Source: an uncultured Chloroflexia bacterium
Lineage (GTDB): Bacteria; Chloroflexota; Chloroflexia; QHBQ01; JADMIH01
DNA length: 64,000 nt
Direction of reading: 5' to 3'
NCBI GenBank assembly: GCA_963797095.1
Contig: CAWCNY010000005.1
Location: 32,001 to 96,000 of the forward strand
Part shown: positions 40,571 to 50,345 of the stretch, in pieces
How the letters are laid out: each line of letters begins with the position of its first letter
How positions within the stretch are numbered: the first letter of the stretch is position 1
Made by a program: the position numbers and the translations under genes
Notes under the pieces: model-generated
Databases searched by the model: none
Seen by the model: the letters and a program-made list of their open reading frames with translations, nothing else
What the model was told of the DNA's origin: nothing

Positions 40571-41641
40571 TCAAGAAAACCATCCGAGAGTTTTCAGGGT
40601 ATTTTCGAGGTCAAGCGGGAAGACAAGCACGACCCAGGCGACGTACCAGATCCCGGCGAGGACCAGGGCGGTGGCGGTGAGCTTGCCACGATAGATCATT
40701 GAGCCGAATAGGAGGAGGGCAGCGATAAGAGCGAACACCGCCTGCGCGAAGGCGGGCGCGTATTCGGGAGCCATGCGCCACTCGGTAAAGACCATTCCGA
40801 TGGAGACAGGCAATGTGCTCTGGAAGACCATCGCACCGGTGATGTTGCCGAGGGCGAGGGTATCTTTGGACCGTCTTACCCAGATCACGCTGTTGAACTT
40901 CTCAGGCAGCTCAGTCGCCAATGGGACCACTATGAGCGATAGAATCAGTGGCGTTAGGCCGATGGAGTGGGCCACGTCTTCAACATACTGGACAAAAAGA
41001 TAAGCAGCGCCCACGATGAGCGCAAGGCCCGTCACGGTTTGGAGGATTACGATGGTGAGCGATGGGTCATCGGTGCGGCGAGCAAAGTGGAGGGGCGAGA
41101 GGTCCTCCGCATCCTCACTTTCTGAGGGTGTGTCGCCTTTGTCGGTAGCGTGCCTGTAGACGTAAAAGACGTAATAGCCGACGAGGCCAAGAGAGACGAG
41201 CACGCGGAGAAGCTCGTTCTCGACGAAGCTCATGCTGACCGCGATAGCAAAGGCCAGCAGAAAGAAGCGAATATCACGCGAAAGTACCCGGCTGTTGACT
41301 TTGAGGACCGTGTTGCGGCGACCGCGAGCGGTAAAGATGAAGACCGCTGTGCCTGTTACCAGCATGGCGACGGTAGCCAGCATGAAGGGCGCTCCGATGA
41401 TCGCGCCGAGGCCAACGTCGTTGGCATGGCTCTCACCGCCTCCTACAGCACCGATTATGAGAGCCACGACCGGGATGAGGGTTTCAGGGAGGGCAGTGCC
41501 CACGGCAGCAAAGATGCTACCTAGCACGCCCTCATTTAGGTTGAGCTTTTTGCCAAGCCATTCAATGCTGTTGGTGAATATGTCGCAGCCGACGAGTATG
41601 ACCACCAATCCTACTATAAGCATTAGCCACGAAAACCACAC
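40571..41641 (-). CDS. Sodium:calcium antiporter family (YrbG-like)
   Basis: Alpha repeats AVGTALPET and PLATELPEK, LALGNITGA; about 10 TM helices. Confidence 0.9.
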   Translation of the reverse strand: MWFSWLMLIVGLVVILVGCDIFTNSIEWLGKKLNLNEGVLGSIFAAVGTALPETLIPVVALIIGAVGGGESHANDVGLGAIIGAPFMLATVAMLVTGTAVFIFTARGRRNTVLKVNSRVLSRDIRFFLLAFAIAVSMSFVENELLRVLVSLGLVGYYVFYVYRHATDKGDTPSESEDAEDLSPLHFARRTDDPSLTIVILQTVTGLALIVGAAYLFVQYVEDVAHSIGLTPLILSLIVVPLATELPEKFNSVIWVRRSKDTLALGNITGAMVFQSTLPVSIGMVFTEWRMAPEYAPAFAQAVFALIAALLLFGSMIYRGKLTATALVLAGIWYVAWVVLVFPLDLENTLKTLGWFS

Positions 41642-41791
41642 AGTTAATTGTACCTCCGAAGGGGACGATCAGACCACACAATATGAGAGTGTACTATAAG
41701 ATGGAATAGGTTACAATGTAGGGCGGATGGCTGGTGAGTGGCGAGTGGCGAGTGGCCAGTGACGAGGGATGGGCGGAAAGATGGTGGCGAT

Positions 41792-43018
41792 GTGGATGCT
41801 CTGAGCGATGATGTGGTTGGACAATTGAAGGCGGGGGCGGAGGGGTTGCGCGACTCTATGACCGCGTTTGCACGGGATTTGATCGCCTTGCCGAGTTTGC
41901 CTGGTCAGGAGGGGGCAGTTGCCCGGCGCGTGGTTGAGGAGATGAGCAAGATCGGCTATGACGAGGTGCGCGTGGACGAGACGGGCAATGTGATCGGCTT
42001 GATAAGAGCTAACGGTGGAAATGGCAGGAGTAAGCGCAGCGTCATGTTCAACACGCACATGGACCAGGTGGATGTTGGCGACCCGGCACGCTGGCCCTAT
42101 CCCCCGTTTGAGGGGGTGGTCGCTGACGGGAAGATATGGGGGCGCGGTGCCAGCGATTTGAAAGGGGCGCTGGCTGCGCAGGTATACGCGGGGGCACTCT
42201 TGCTGGCGTCGGGGGTTGCGCGTCCCAACGACATGTATGTGTCGGGTGTGGTGCAGGAGGAGATCGGCGGGCACGGGGCGGCGATGCTCGCTAGAGAGTT
42301 GAAGACCGATTACGTGGTGGTGGGCGAGCCTTCGGCGAACCGGCTGGCGCTGGGCCACCGGGGTCGATTTGAGATACATGTAACTGTGAGCGGCAAATCG
42401 GTGCACGCGAGCGTTCCCCAGACGGGGATTAATCCCCTTTATTCGATGGCGAGGTTCCTGCTTACCCTGGAGGGGCTGCGCTTCGACCCCGATCCTAGTA
42501 ACCCGGCGCTTGGTCCAACTACGGTCGCGCCCACCCTTATCTCGACCGACCAGGTGAGCGCCAACGTGGTACCGGGCGAGTGCAAGGTGGTGCTCGATAT
42601 CCGCAATCCGCCGGGGCACAAGCCAGATGACATCCTGGAGCGGGTACAACAGTTGCTTAACACCGCGCTTGTGGACGGCGCGACGGGTACGGCTGAAATA
42701 CCCCTAACAGTTATGACGAGCTACACAGGCGTGGCGCGCACCTATAGGATACCGTCGGTGCCGTTCGGGCTTGCGGAGGATAGCCATCTTGCGGTGGCGT
42801 CACGAGCAATCGTGTCCAAAGCACTGGGAAGGGATGTGCCCACGCAGTTGTGGCGGTTCGCCACCGATGCCGGGCACTTTGTGGCAGGAGGAATGCAGGT
42901 CGTAGGATTTGGGCCTGGGTACGAGGAAGTGATCCACACGATCAACGAGCATATCTCGATTGAGCTTATGATGGAAGCTATGGTCGCGAATGCAGCACTG
43001 GCGGTCGCACTCACATGA
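41792..43018 (+). CDS. M20 family metallopeptidase (ArgE/DapE/YgeY-like)
   Basis: NTHMDQV, GRGASDLKG, QEEIG, GEPS, IHTINEH; start estimated because the track's longer ORF runs through a heptamer repeat. Confidence 0.9.
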   Translation: MDALSDDVVGQLKAGAEGLRDSMTAFARDLIALPSLPGQEGAVARRVVEEMSKIGYDEVRVDETGNVIGLIRANGGNGRSKRSVMFNTHMDQVDVGDPARWPYPPFEGVVADGKIWGRGASDLKGALAAQVYAGALLLASGVARPNDMYVSGVVQEEIGGHGAAMLARELKTDYVVVGEPSANRLALGHRGRFEIHVTVSGKSVHASVPQTGINPLYSMARFLLTLEGLRFDPDPSNPALGPTTVAPTLISTDQVSANVVPGECKVVLDIRNPPGHKPDDILERVQQLLNTALVDGATGTAEIPLTVMTSYTGVARTYRIPSVPFGLAEDSHLAVASRAIVSKALGRDVPTQLWRFATDAGHFVAGGMQVVGFGPGYEEVIHTINEHISIELMMEAMVANAALAVALT

Positions 43019-43093
43019 CGGGCTAACTGAGTGTTGAAACGTCTCCGATGGGACCGAGAAGTTTGTACCACATCAAAGGAGGGGATACAGGAC

Positions 43094-43720
43094 ATGAGAT
43101 TCGATCTTGAGACAGAGATACGGTTCTCCGATGGAGAGCGGGCAGGTATTTTGCAGAAGGTTGCCGTGGCTAAGGATGGCAGCGTCGTCAGCGTGATCAT
43201 GGCTACGGACCATCTCTTATCGCGAACCGTCATGGTGCCCCCAAACGCACTGTCGGAGGCACCGGGCAACGTCTTGCAGATCAACCTGAGCGATGATGAG
43301 ATCGGCAAGCTGCCGGACTACGTGGAGGAGATGGAGCCTGCCATATCAGATGGGTGGGATTTCGACCCCGAACCGATCCCCGGCGCTGATGTGTTTCCGG
43401 CGACTCTGTATGAGCCGAACATTCCGGTGGTGGAGGTTCCAAATCTGCCTGAGGGCGTTATCAGCATCAGCCAGAGCACGGAGGTCGATTGCACTGACGG
43501 GCGCTGGGGGATCGTGGACGAAGTGCTGACCGGCGACGATGGCAAGGTATCCCACATCGTGGGCAGGTCGGACGATGAAGAGGAATACGACCAACTCATT
43601 CCGGTGGAAGCAATCAGAGAATACAGCAGCGAGACGGTTACGCTCAATTGCACGCTGGCGGAACTGCCTGCTAACAGCGAAGAGCTGGTAGACGAGGCGG
43701 AAGAACCCGAGGTTGAGTGA
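43094..43720 (+). CDS. PRC-barrel domain protein (two copies, acidic)
   Basis: V..SDG.RAG.LQKV and VDCTDGRWGIVDEV...LIPVEAI...VTL. Confidence 0.75.
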   Translation: MRFDLETEIRFSDGERAGILQKVAVAKDGSVVSVIMATDHLLSRTVMVPPNALSEAPGNVLQINLSDDEIGKLPDYVEEMEPAISDGWDFDPEPIPGADVFPATLYEPNIPVVEVPNLPEGVISISQSTEVDCTDGRWGIVDEVLTGDDGKVSHIVGRSDDEEEYDQLIPVEAIREYSSETVTLNCTLAELPANSEELVDEAEEPEVE

Positions 43721-43773
43721 TTGGCGTGTGGGACGAGTAACGTAGGGCTGATTGTGCGCGGGGGGAGCCACCA

Positions 43774-44742
43774 ATGAGCATGATAGAGATGAAGAATGTC
43801 ACCAAGAAGTTCGGTGACAAGACCGTGCTCTCGCATCTGAACTTTGACGTGCACGAGGGGGAGATCTTCGGGTTCATCGGCCCCAGCGGATCGGGCAAGA
43901 CGACGTGCATCAGGTTGATGATGGGCGTGCTTGAGCCTACCGAGGGGCAGGTGATCTTGATGGGGCAAGACCCGGCCAAGCCTCATTCGAATATACGCGA
44001 GCGCTTCGGATACCTGCCCCAGTTGTTCGTGCTATTCCCCAACCTGACCGTGCGCGAAAACCTGAACTTCGCTGGGTCTTTGTATGGCATCGGGCCAATG
44101 AAGCGGCGGCAAAGGATAAAGGAGATGCTTCAGTTCGTGGAGCTGACCGAGGCCGCCGACCGCGTTGCGGCCAATGTTTCGGGGGGGATGCTCAGAAGGT
44201 TGGAGTTGGCAGCTTCGCTGCTGCACGACCCGCCTCTTCTGTTTGCCGACGAACCAACCGCCGGAATCGATCCGGTGCTGCGCGGCAAGTTCTGGGAAGA
44301 GTTTCGCCACCTGCGCGAGCGTGGCCGCACCATCTTCGTCACGACGCAGTACGTCGGAGAGATAGAGTATTGCGACCGGGTCGGCATTATCCAGGACGGA
44401 AGGATCGTGGCCCTCGACACGCCCGTGGCGCTGCGCAGGACGGCACTTGGTGGGGAGTTGGTAGATGTTGTGACGGAAGTGCTGACACCTGCGGCGTTCG
44501 CCAATCTGCGCCGGCTACCTTTCGTGAGATGGATATTGCCGGATCATACCGATCCAAACCGGATCAGGGTGAGCGTTGTGGAAGCATCCGAAGCAATACC
44601 TCACATAGTAGAAGTCCTCAACCAGAGCAATAGTGAGATTGTCACCATCGAGGAATACAAGCCGAGTTTCGACGAGATTTTCGTGGAGTTGATGAAGCAA
44701 GGCGAGCAGACCCAGGAGATTCTCAGTGCAGTCAATCACTAA
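43774..44742 (+). CDS. ABC transporter ATP-binding protein (DrrA-like)
   Basis: GPSGSGKTT, VSGGM, LFADEPTAGIDP. Confidence 0.95.
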   Translation: MSMIEMKNVTKKFGDKTVLSHLNFDVHEGEIFGFIGPSGSGKTTCIRLMMGVLEPTEGQVILMGQDPAKPHSNIRERFGYLPQLFVLFPNLTVRENLNFAGSLYGIGPMKRRQRIKEMLQFVELTEAADRVAANVSGGMLRRLELAASLLHDPPLLFADEPTAGIDPVLRGKFWEEFRHLRERGRTIFVTTQYVGEIEYCDRVGIIQDGRIVALDTPVALRRTALGGELVDVVTEVLTPAAFANLRRLPFVRWILPDHTDPNRIRVSVVEASEAIPHIVEVLNQSNSEIVTIEEYKPSFDEIFVELMKQGEQTQEILSAVNH

Positions 44743-46300
44743 GCGCCTGGTCAGGGCCGGGGCCTTCATCGGCAAAGAGATCAACGAGGTGCGGCGACAG
44801 CCAAGGTTGGTGTTGTCGCTGATATTAGGCCCGTTCCTGATTCTGCTGTTGTTCGGGATTGGATACCGGGGAGAGAGCGGAAGCCTTAGCGGCATTTTTG
44901 TGCTGCCAAATGATGGGGCCTACTCGCAAAATATCGACGATTACCAGAAGCTGGTGGGCGACAGGCTCAAGATCGAGTACCTGACCACCGACCTGCAAGC
45001 CGCGCTTGATGATTTGAACAAGAACAAGGTTGAGCTGGTGGTGGTTGTGCCCACAGACGTTGGGCAGCAGATTTCTTCGGGCGCACAGGTGAAGATACCG
45101 ATCTTTTTCAACGAGGTGGACCCGCTGAGGCGGGACTGGATCATCTATCTCACCTACGTTTACACGAACGAGATCAACAAGCAAACACTGGCCGAAGCAG
45201 CGCGACAGGGCCAGGAGAACGCAGGGGATGTGCGCGCCACCATAATCCGGATGAGGAATTCGCTTGCCCTGGTCGAGCAGAGGATGGCGGCAGGCGACGT
45301 GGCGGGGGCCACGCAGGAGGCCCAGGGCTTGCAAGGTCCGGCGTCGAACATGCAACTCATTTTGTTGCTAATGGCGCAACTGATGACTTCTAATAACACG
45401 CTGATTAAGCCTGCCCAGCCGCAGGACCCCGGCCAGGCCAACATAGTGCAGAGCGGGACCCTGGTGCAACGTTTTTCGAGCGACCTCCAGGACTTGAACA
45501 ACGAACTGAACAGCCCCAATCCGGACCCACAGCGAGTGCGCGAGCTTATCACGCGCGTGCGGCAGGACCTGGACGAGTTGGAGAAGGTGACAGAGCAGTT
45601 CCAGACGATCAACCCATTGGTGCTGGCGGCTCCTTTCACATCAGAAGCTAAAAATACGGCTCCTTTGACACCGAGTTTCACCTCGTATTACGCGCCCGGC
45701 ATGCTTATCTTGATCCTTCAGCATATGGCGGTTACACTAGCTTCGCTGTCGATGGTGAGGGAGCGGATGCTGGGTACTGTGGAGTTGTTCAGGGTGTCGC
45801 CGATCAAGCCATCTGAGATACTGGTGGGCAAGCACATTAGTTTTCTGTTGCTGCTGGCGGCGGTGGCGGCGCTACTCTTGTTAATGATGAGCAACGAGCT
45901 TACGATTGGGGACGTGAGGCTCAGCCTTGGGGTGCCGATCCTGGGCGATTGGCTCTACCTGATACTGACGCTGGCGCTGACGATCTTCGCCTCGGTGGGG
46001 CTTGGCTTCTTTATCTCGACCATCTCGAAGTCTGAAAGCCAGGCGGTGCAACTATCGATGCTGATCCTGCTTGCCTCGGTCTTCTTCAGCGGTTTCTTCC
46101 TTCGGATCGAGACTATCTGGGAACCGATCAGGGCGGTTTCGTATTCGCTGCCGGTTACCTACGGAATCGCTAGTTTGCAGGTGATAATGCTGCGAGGTGG
46201 TACGCCCGATTTTCTCTTCCTGCTGGCGCTGGGTGGACTGGGGCTGTTCTTTACGATCCTGAGCTATTTCCTATTGAGGCGAGACCTGCAACGCGGCTAG
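44726..46300 (+). CDS. ABC-2 type permease with a large extracytoplasmic helical insert
   Basis: KE....R.PR, SMVRERMLGTVE, FFSGFF, LPVTYGI. Confidence 0.9.
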   Translation: MQSITKRLVRAGAFIGKEINEVRRQPRLVLSLILGPFLILLLFGIGYRGESGSLSGIFVLPNDGAYSQNIDDYQKLVGDRLKIEYLTTDLQAALDDLNKNKVELVVVVPTDVGQQISSGAQVKIPIFFNEVDPLRRDWIIYLTYVYTNEINKQTLAEAARQGQENAGDVRATIIRMRNSLALVEQRMAAGDVAGATQEAQGLQGPASNMQLILLLMAQLMTSNNTLIKPAQPQDPGQANIVQSGTLVQRFSSDLQDLNNELNSPNPDPQRVRELITRVRQDLDELEKVTEQFQTINPLVLAAPFTSEAKNTAPLTPSFTSYYAPGMLILILQHMAVTLASLSMVRERMLGTVELFRVSPIKPSEILVGKHISFLLLLAAVAALLLLMMSNELTIGDVRLSLGVPILGDWLYLILTLALTIFASVGLGFFISTISKSESQAVQLSMLILLASVFFSGFFLRIETIWEPIRAVSYSLPVTYGIASLQVIMLRGGTPDFLFLLALGGLGLFFTILSYFLLRRDLQRG

Positions 46301-46304
46301 TAGC

Positions 46305-47348
46305 TTATGGGGGTGGGATTGGCTTCATGAATTCGCCTGCGCACCAGCCTGAGGCCGATGGATTCGCGGGGTCGTAGGTATCGACCTTCCACCAGGTGTA
46401 GCCGTTGGCCTCCTGCGGCCCGTCTATGACGTGGGCATTATTACCATTCTGTAAAACCCCAAGACGTGCGCCTGCGGTGGTCGGATCGGAGCGTATTATG
46501 ACGTTGGATGTGGCCTGGACCCAGCCGCCGATGCCGATCACGTCGGAAGGCGGTGGGGGCACAGGTGTAACAGTGGGTGCGGGCGGGACGGTCGATGTGG
46601 GATCACCGAATCCGGTGGGGGTGGGCTGTGGCGCGGGTGTGAGGGTGGGGAGCACACCGGGGTTGGTGCCTTTCTTCTGACTCAGCAGGAGGACGCCACT
46701 TGTCACCGCAATGAGGATCACGATAAAGGTCACGCCGATGAGGAGCAGGCGGTCGCGCCCCATGCCGAAGATGATCGGGCGCTGCGGTGGTTTGACTGCC
46801 TTTGCCTTACCCTTGGCGGTCCCGGTGCCAGCAATACCCTGTGGTTTCGTGATGGCAGAAATGGGGCCGGTGCTTGAGCCGTTGGACGCCGGAGTGTCGA
46901 TCTGCTCTAGCTCAAGCGTGCTTTGCGCCCCATTTCGAGAGCCGGAGGCCATATCAACAGGCTCTGAATAAGGCTGTTCGCCGGTAGCCAGCACATCGTT
47001 AGCATCGTCAGCGGTCACAGCGGTCATGCCGGCCATAGGGGTGATGCCTGTGTGGGTGACGCGTTGGCCGCGCGCGTCCATCATTTCCATCGGGATGGAG
47101 GGGGCGATCCTGGGCTTGTGGGCCACACGACCGGTGCTGCCCGATCCGGCAGAGGGGATCGGCCCGGTAATCGGCTCCCAATAGTCTATGAACGTGCGGT
47201 TGCACGCCAGGCTATCGGCCTCAACAAGGTGATTCGTGTTGCGGTCATAGAGCAGAGGATTACGACACCAACCTTTGCGCCATAGAGGCGACGGTTGGTA
47301 GTGTTTGCACGTACTACACTTCCGCTCACGGATCTTCGAGGGATTCAT
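46305..47348 (-). CDS. Membrane protein: N-terminal Cys-rich domain, one TM helix, Pro-rich linker, C-terminal bacterial SH3 domain
   Basis: CSTCKHY...WCRNP...AC; IRSDPTT....LG.L..G...VIDGP.EANGYTWWKV.....GW. Confidence 0.8.
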   Translation of the reverse strand: MNPSKIRERKCSTCKHYQPSPLWRKGWCRNPLLYDRNTNHLVEADSLACNRTFIDYWEPITGPIPSAGSGSTGRVAHKPRIAPSIPMEMMDARGQRVTHTGITPMAGMTAVTADDANDVLATGEQPYSEPVDMASGSRNGAQSTLELEQIDTPASNGSSTGPISAITKPQGIAGTGTAKGKAKAVKPPQRPIIFGMGRDRLLLIGVTFIVILIAVTSGVLLLSQKKGTNPGVLPTLTPAPQPTPTGFGDPTSTVPPAPTVTPVPPPPSDVIGIGGWVQATSNVIIRSDPTTAGARLGVLQNGNNAHVIDGPQEANGYTWWKVDTYDPANPSASGWCAGEFMKPIPPP

Positions 47349-47407
47349 GTAAACCTGGGGTTCTTTCTGCTTTCTTACAGGGACCTTATTTGCGCGTCTC
47401 AGCGCAC

Positions 47408-47437
47408 ACTATAACATCAGTCCACGCGATAAGTCAA
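47408..47437 (-). promoter_or_regulatory. Sigma70-type promoter for the SH3 gene
   Basis: TTGACT-18 nt-TATAGT with TGn. Confidence 0.6.
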
Positions 47438-47450
47438 ACGAAAAAATGTG

Positions 47451-48389
47451 CTATTCCTTCTGCCATTCTTCATAAAGGTAGTAGTTTGCTGCGGCAGCCG
47501 CCATGCCGCCTTCGTGCACAGCGCTGGTAACTTGATGGTTGAATAGCTTGGTTACGTCGCCTGCGGCGTACGCGCCTTCTATCGAGGTGCTTTGTTCTAC
47601 ATCTGCCATGATATAGCCATGTTCGTCTGTGGCGATACCAAGCTTGTGGGCTAATTGCGTGTTTGGCTCAATCCATTGTGTCACAAAAAGGCAGTCAAGA
47701 TCAACCACTGTACCATCTTTGAGCGTAAGGGAGGCAAGTTGTCCTTGAGGCGCGCAGTTGAAGGAGCTTACCTCCGAGTTGTAGACGGTGATACCGTGTT
47801 CGCGAAGGTCGGTGCGGTTTTCAGCTTCCGCATGGAGGGGCGCGTTCCAGGGGACCAGACTCACCATACCGGTGAAGACAAGAAGCTGAAGTGCGAGCGA
47901 GGTGGCACGGTTGCCGCTGCCCAGCACCACTATACGTTTGCCCATAGCTTCATACCCGTCGCAGATAATGCACCAGAAGATCGACTTGCCGATACAGTCA
48001 TCGCTTCCCTCAAACTCCGGGAAGCTATCGGTTACTCCTGTGGCGATTATGAGGGTGCGCGCAACCACCATGTTGTGGCGGGTTTGGAGATAGAACCGGC
48101 GGTCAGGCCATTCGCCTTCGACGCGTGCATCATCCACGCGACCGTCAACGAACTGCGCGCCGTAGCGCTCCGCTTGCTCGCGACCAACCTCGCGTAGTGC
48201 GCGCGCGTGAATACCATCGGGGAAGCCGAGATAGTTGCGGTTGACCTGGTGCCAGTTTGAACGCCCTTCATGGTCGTCTATCACGATTACGCTGCGGCGC
48301 ATCCGGCCCATGTAGAGGGCGGCCGAGAGTCCGGCAGGTCCGGCCCCAATAACGGCACAGTCGTATAATTGATCGTTAGTTTCAGCCAT
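47451..48389 (-). CDS. Thioredoxin reductase-like NAD(P)/FAD oxidoreductase
   Basis: IGAGPAG, IATG, WCIICDGYE (CxxC), YAAGDV. Confidence 0.88.
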   Translation of the reverse strand: MAETNDQLYDCAVIGAGPAGLSAALYMGRMRRSVIVIDDHEGRSNWHQVNRNYLGFPDGIHARALREVGREQAERYGAQFVDGRVDDARVEGEWPDRRFYLQTRHNMVVARTLIIATGVTDSFPEFEGSDDCIGKSIFWCIICDGYEAMGKRIVVLGSGNRATSLALQLLVFTGMVSLVPWNAPLHAEAENRTDLREHGITVYNSEVSSFNCAPQGQLASLTLKDGTVVDLDCLFVTQWIEPNTQLAHKLGIATDEHGYIMADVEQSTSIEGAYAAGDVTKLFNHQVTSAVHEGGMAAAAANYYLYEEWQKE

Positions 48390-48467
48390 TTCACAAGCCT
48401 CTTAACCTTGTGCCTGAACGGGTGGATTCTTACCAAGACATCGAAATTGGGGGAGAGAAAAATAAGC

Positions 48468-48493
48468 AGGGACGAGGCATGCCTCGCCCCTAC
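48468..48493. repeat. GTAG-type REP-like palindrome
   Basis: Minus strand GTAGGGGCGAGGCATGCCTCGTCCCT. Confidence 0.7.
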
Positions 48494-48541
48494 TCCGGTC
48501 GTTGCAGCAGGTTTCGTACCCGGGCACCGCAAGGCGCTGGG

Positions 48542-49969
48542 TTATTGCAGGTTTTTTACGGCAGATGTGAGGGCTTCGGCGGTTTCTTTGGCGTCGCCGA
48601 AGAGCATCGAGGTCTTTGGCTCGTAGAAGAGATCGTTGTCGATGCCCGCGAAGCCGCTGCGCATGCTACGCTTCATGACGATCACATTCTGAGCGCGGTC
48701 AACATCGATGATGGGCATACCGTAGATGGGGCTCTTGGAGTCGGAGCGGGCGGCGGGGTTGACCACGTCGTTCGCGCCGATCACCAGGGCAACGTCAGTC
48801 CTCGGCATGTCCGGATTGATCTGCTCCATCTCGTAAAGCTGGTTGTAGGGCACATCGGCCTCGGCCAGCAGCACGTTCATGTGGCCTGGCATGCGGCCAG
48901 CCACGGGGTGTATGCCGTACTTGACCGTTACGCCTCGATCCTCAAGCTGCTTGGCAAGCTCTTGCACGGCGTTCTGAGCGCGTGCCACGGCCATACCGTA
49001 GCCTGGAACGATCACGACCTGATTGGCGTAGGCAAGGAGGGTGGCAGCATCATCAACGGACACTTCGCGGATCGGCCTGGAGCCGGCGGCGGCACCGGAT
49101 ACTTCGGCGCTCCCGCCTGTGCCGAAGGCCCCAAACAGGATGTTGGTGAGGGGGCGGTTCATAGCCTTGCTCATCAACTGGGTGAGGAGGGTACCGGAAG
49201 CGCCAACGAGGGCACCCGCGATAACGAGCACGTTGCTGCGGAGCACGAACCCGGTAAAGGCAGCAGCCAGTCCTGTGAACGAGTTGAGCAGCGAGATCAC
49301 GACAGGCATATCAGCGCCGCCAATGGGCATTGTGATCGCGATGCCAAGAGCCATCGCCAGCACCGCCATTACGATCAATACCCAGCGATGGAGATCGCCG
49401 GCGGGAGCGACTACCAGGAAGATGCCCATGACAACTATCAGGACGGCTACAGCAGCGTTCACGATCTGCTGGCCCGCGTATGTTACGGGGCTGGCAGAGA
49501 TGAAGCCCTGGAGCTTACCGAGGGCGATGAAGCTGCCCGCTAGGCTTATGCTGCCGATTACGACGCCGAGCACAGTGGCTATCGAGAAATCGAGGCCATA
49601 AGAGACGCCGTTGTTCAACTTTTCGAAGAACTCTGACATGGAGGTAAGGGCTGCCGCCCCGCCTCCCATGCCGTTGAAGAGGGCGACCATCTGAGGCATG
49701 GCGGTCATCTCGACGGTGCGGGCGAGGTACCAGCCGACACCACCGCCGATTACGGAGCCAACAAGGATCAGGATCAGATGCCAGTCCAGGCCATTGATGA
49801 TGATGCTGGCATAGGTCGCCAGCACCGCGATTGTCATGCCCACCGCGGCCACCTGGTTGCCTGAACGAGCAGTTTTGGGGTTACTCAGCCTGCGCAAGCT
49901 GATGATGAAAGTCACAGCCGCCAGGAGGTAAGCTATTTCGATGTAGAGTTGAGGTGTGGTGAAGTCCAT
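48542..49969 (-). CDS. pntB: NAD(P) transhydrogenase beta subunit
   Basis: MTAMPQMVALFNG, GGADMPVVISLLNS, VPGYGMAVA, HPVAGRMPGHMNVLLAEA, IGANDVVNP. Confidence 0.97.
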   Translation of the reverse strand: MDFTTPQLYIEIAYLLAAVTFIISLRRLSNPKTARSGNQVAAVGMTIAVLATYASIIINGLDWHLILILVGSVIGGGVGWYLARTVEMTAMPQMVALFNGMGGGAAALTSMSEFFEKLNNGVSYGLDFSIATVLGVVIGSISLAGSFIALGKLQGFISASPVTYAGQQIVNAAVAVLIVVMGIFLVVAPAGDLHRWVLIVMAVLAMALGIAITMPIGGADMPVVISLLNSFTGLAAAFTGFVLRSNVLVIAGALVGASGTLLTQLMSKAMNRPLTNILFGAFGTGGSAEVSGAAAGSRPIREVSVDDAATLLAYANQVVIVPGYGMAVARAQNAVQELAKQLEDRGVTVKYGIHPVAGRMPGHMNVLLAEADVPYNQLYEMEQINPDMPRTDVALVIGANDVVNPAARSDSKSPIYGMPIIDVDRAQNVIVMKRSMRSGFAGIDNDLFYEPKTSMLFGDAKETAEALTSAVKNLQ

Positions 49970-49973
49970 ATGC

Positions 49974-50345
49974 TTACTTCTTGCCTCCAGCCCCGCTCCT
50001 GGGCTTGAACATTTGGAGCATACGGTCGGTGACTACGAAGCCGCCAACCACATTGCCCGCCGCAAAGACCACGCCGATGAAGCCGAGGATCAGCAGCAGG
50101 AGGTTGTCGCCGGAAGCCGCAAGCACCAGCATCGCACCTACCAGCACGATACCGTGGATGGCGTTCGTGCCCGACATCAGGGGGGTGTGCAGCATGGTAG
50201 GCACCTTCGAGATAACCTCGAAGCCCAGGAAGACCGACAGCACGAACACCACTATGATCATGAACAGGATTGGCAACTCAGGACCCGTACCGCCCTCCTG
50301 GGCAGCAGGCGCGGCCCCACTCGCCAACAGTAAACTGGTCAACAT
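49974..50345 (-). CDS. pntA: NAD(P) transhydrogenase alpha subunit part 2 (membrane)
   Basis: LHTPLMSGTNAIHG, NVVGGFVVTDRML. Confidence 0.95.
   Translation of the reverse strand: MLTSLLLASGAAPAAQEGGTGPELPILFMIIVVFVLSVFLGFEVISKVPTMLHTPLMSGTNAIHGIVLVGAMLVLAASGDNLLLLILGFIGVVFAAGNVVGGFVVTDRMLQMFKPRSGAGGKK

Noticed and set aside
48410-49543. 377-aa plus-strand ORF
   Set aside because: Antisense shadow of pntB with no recognisable motifs.
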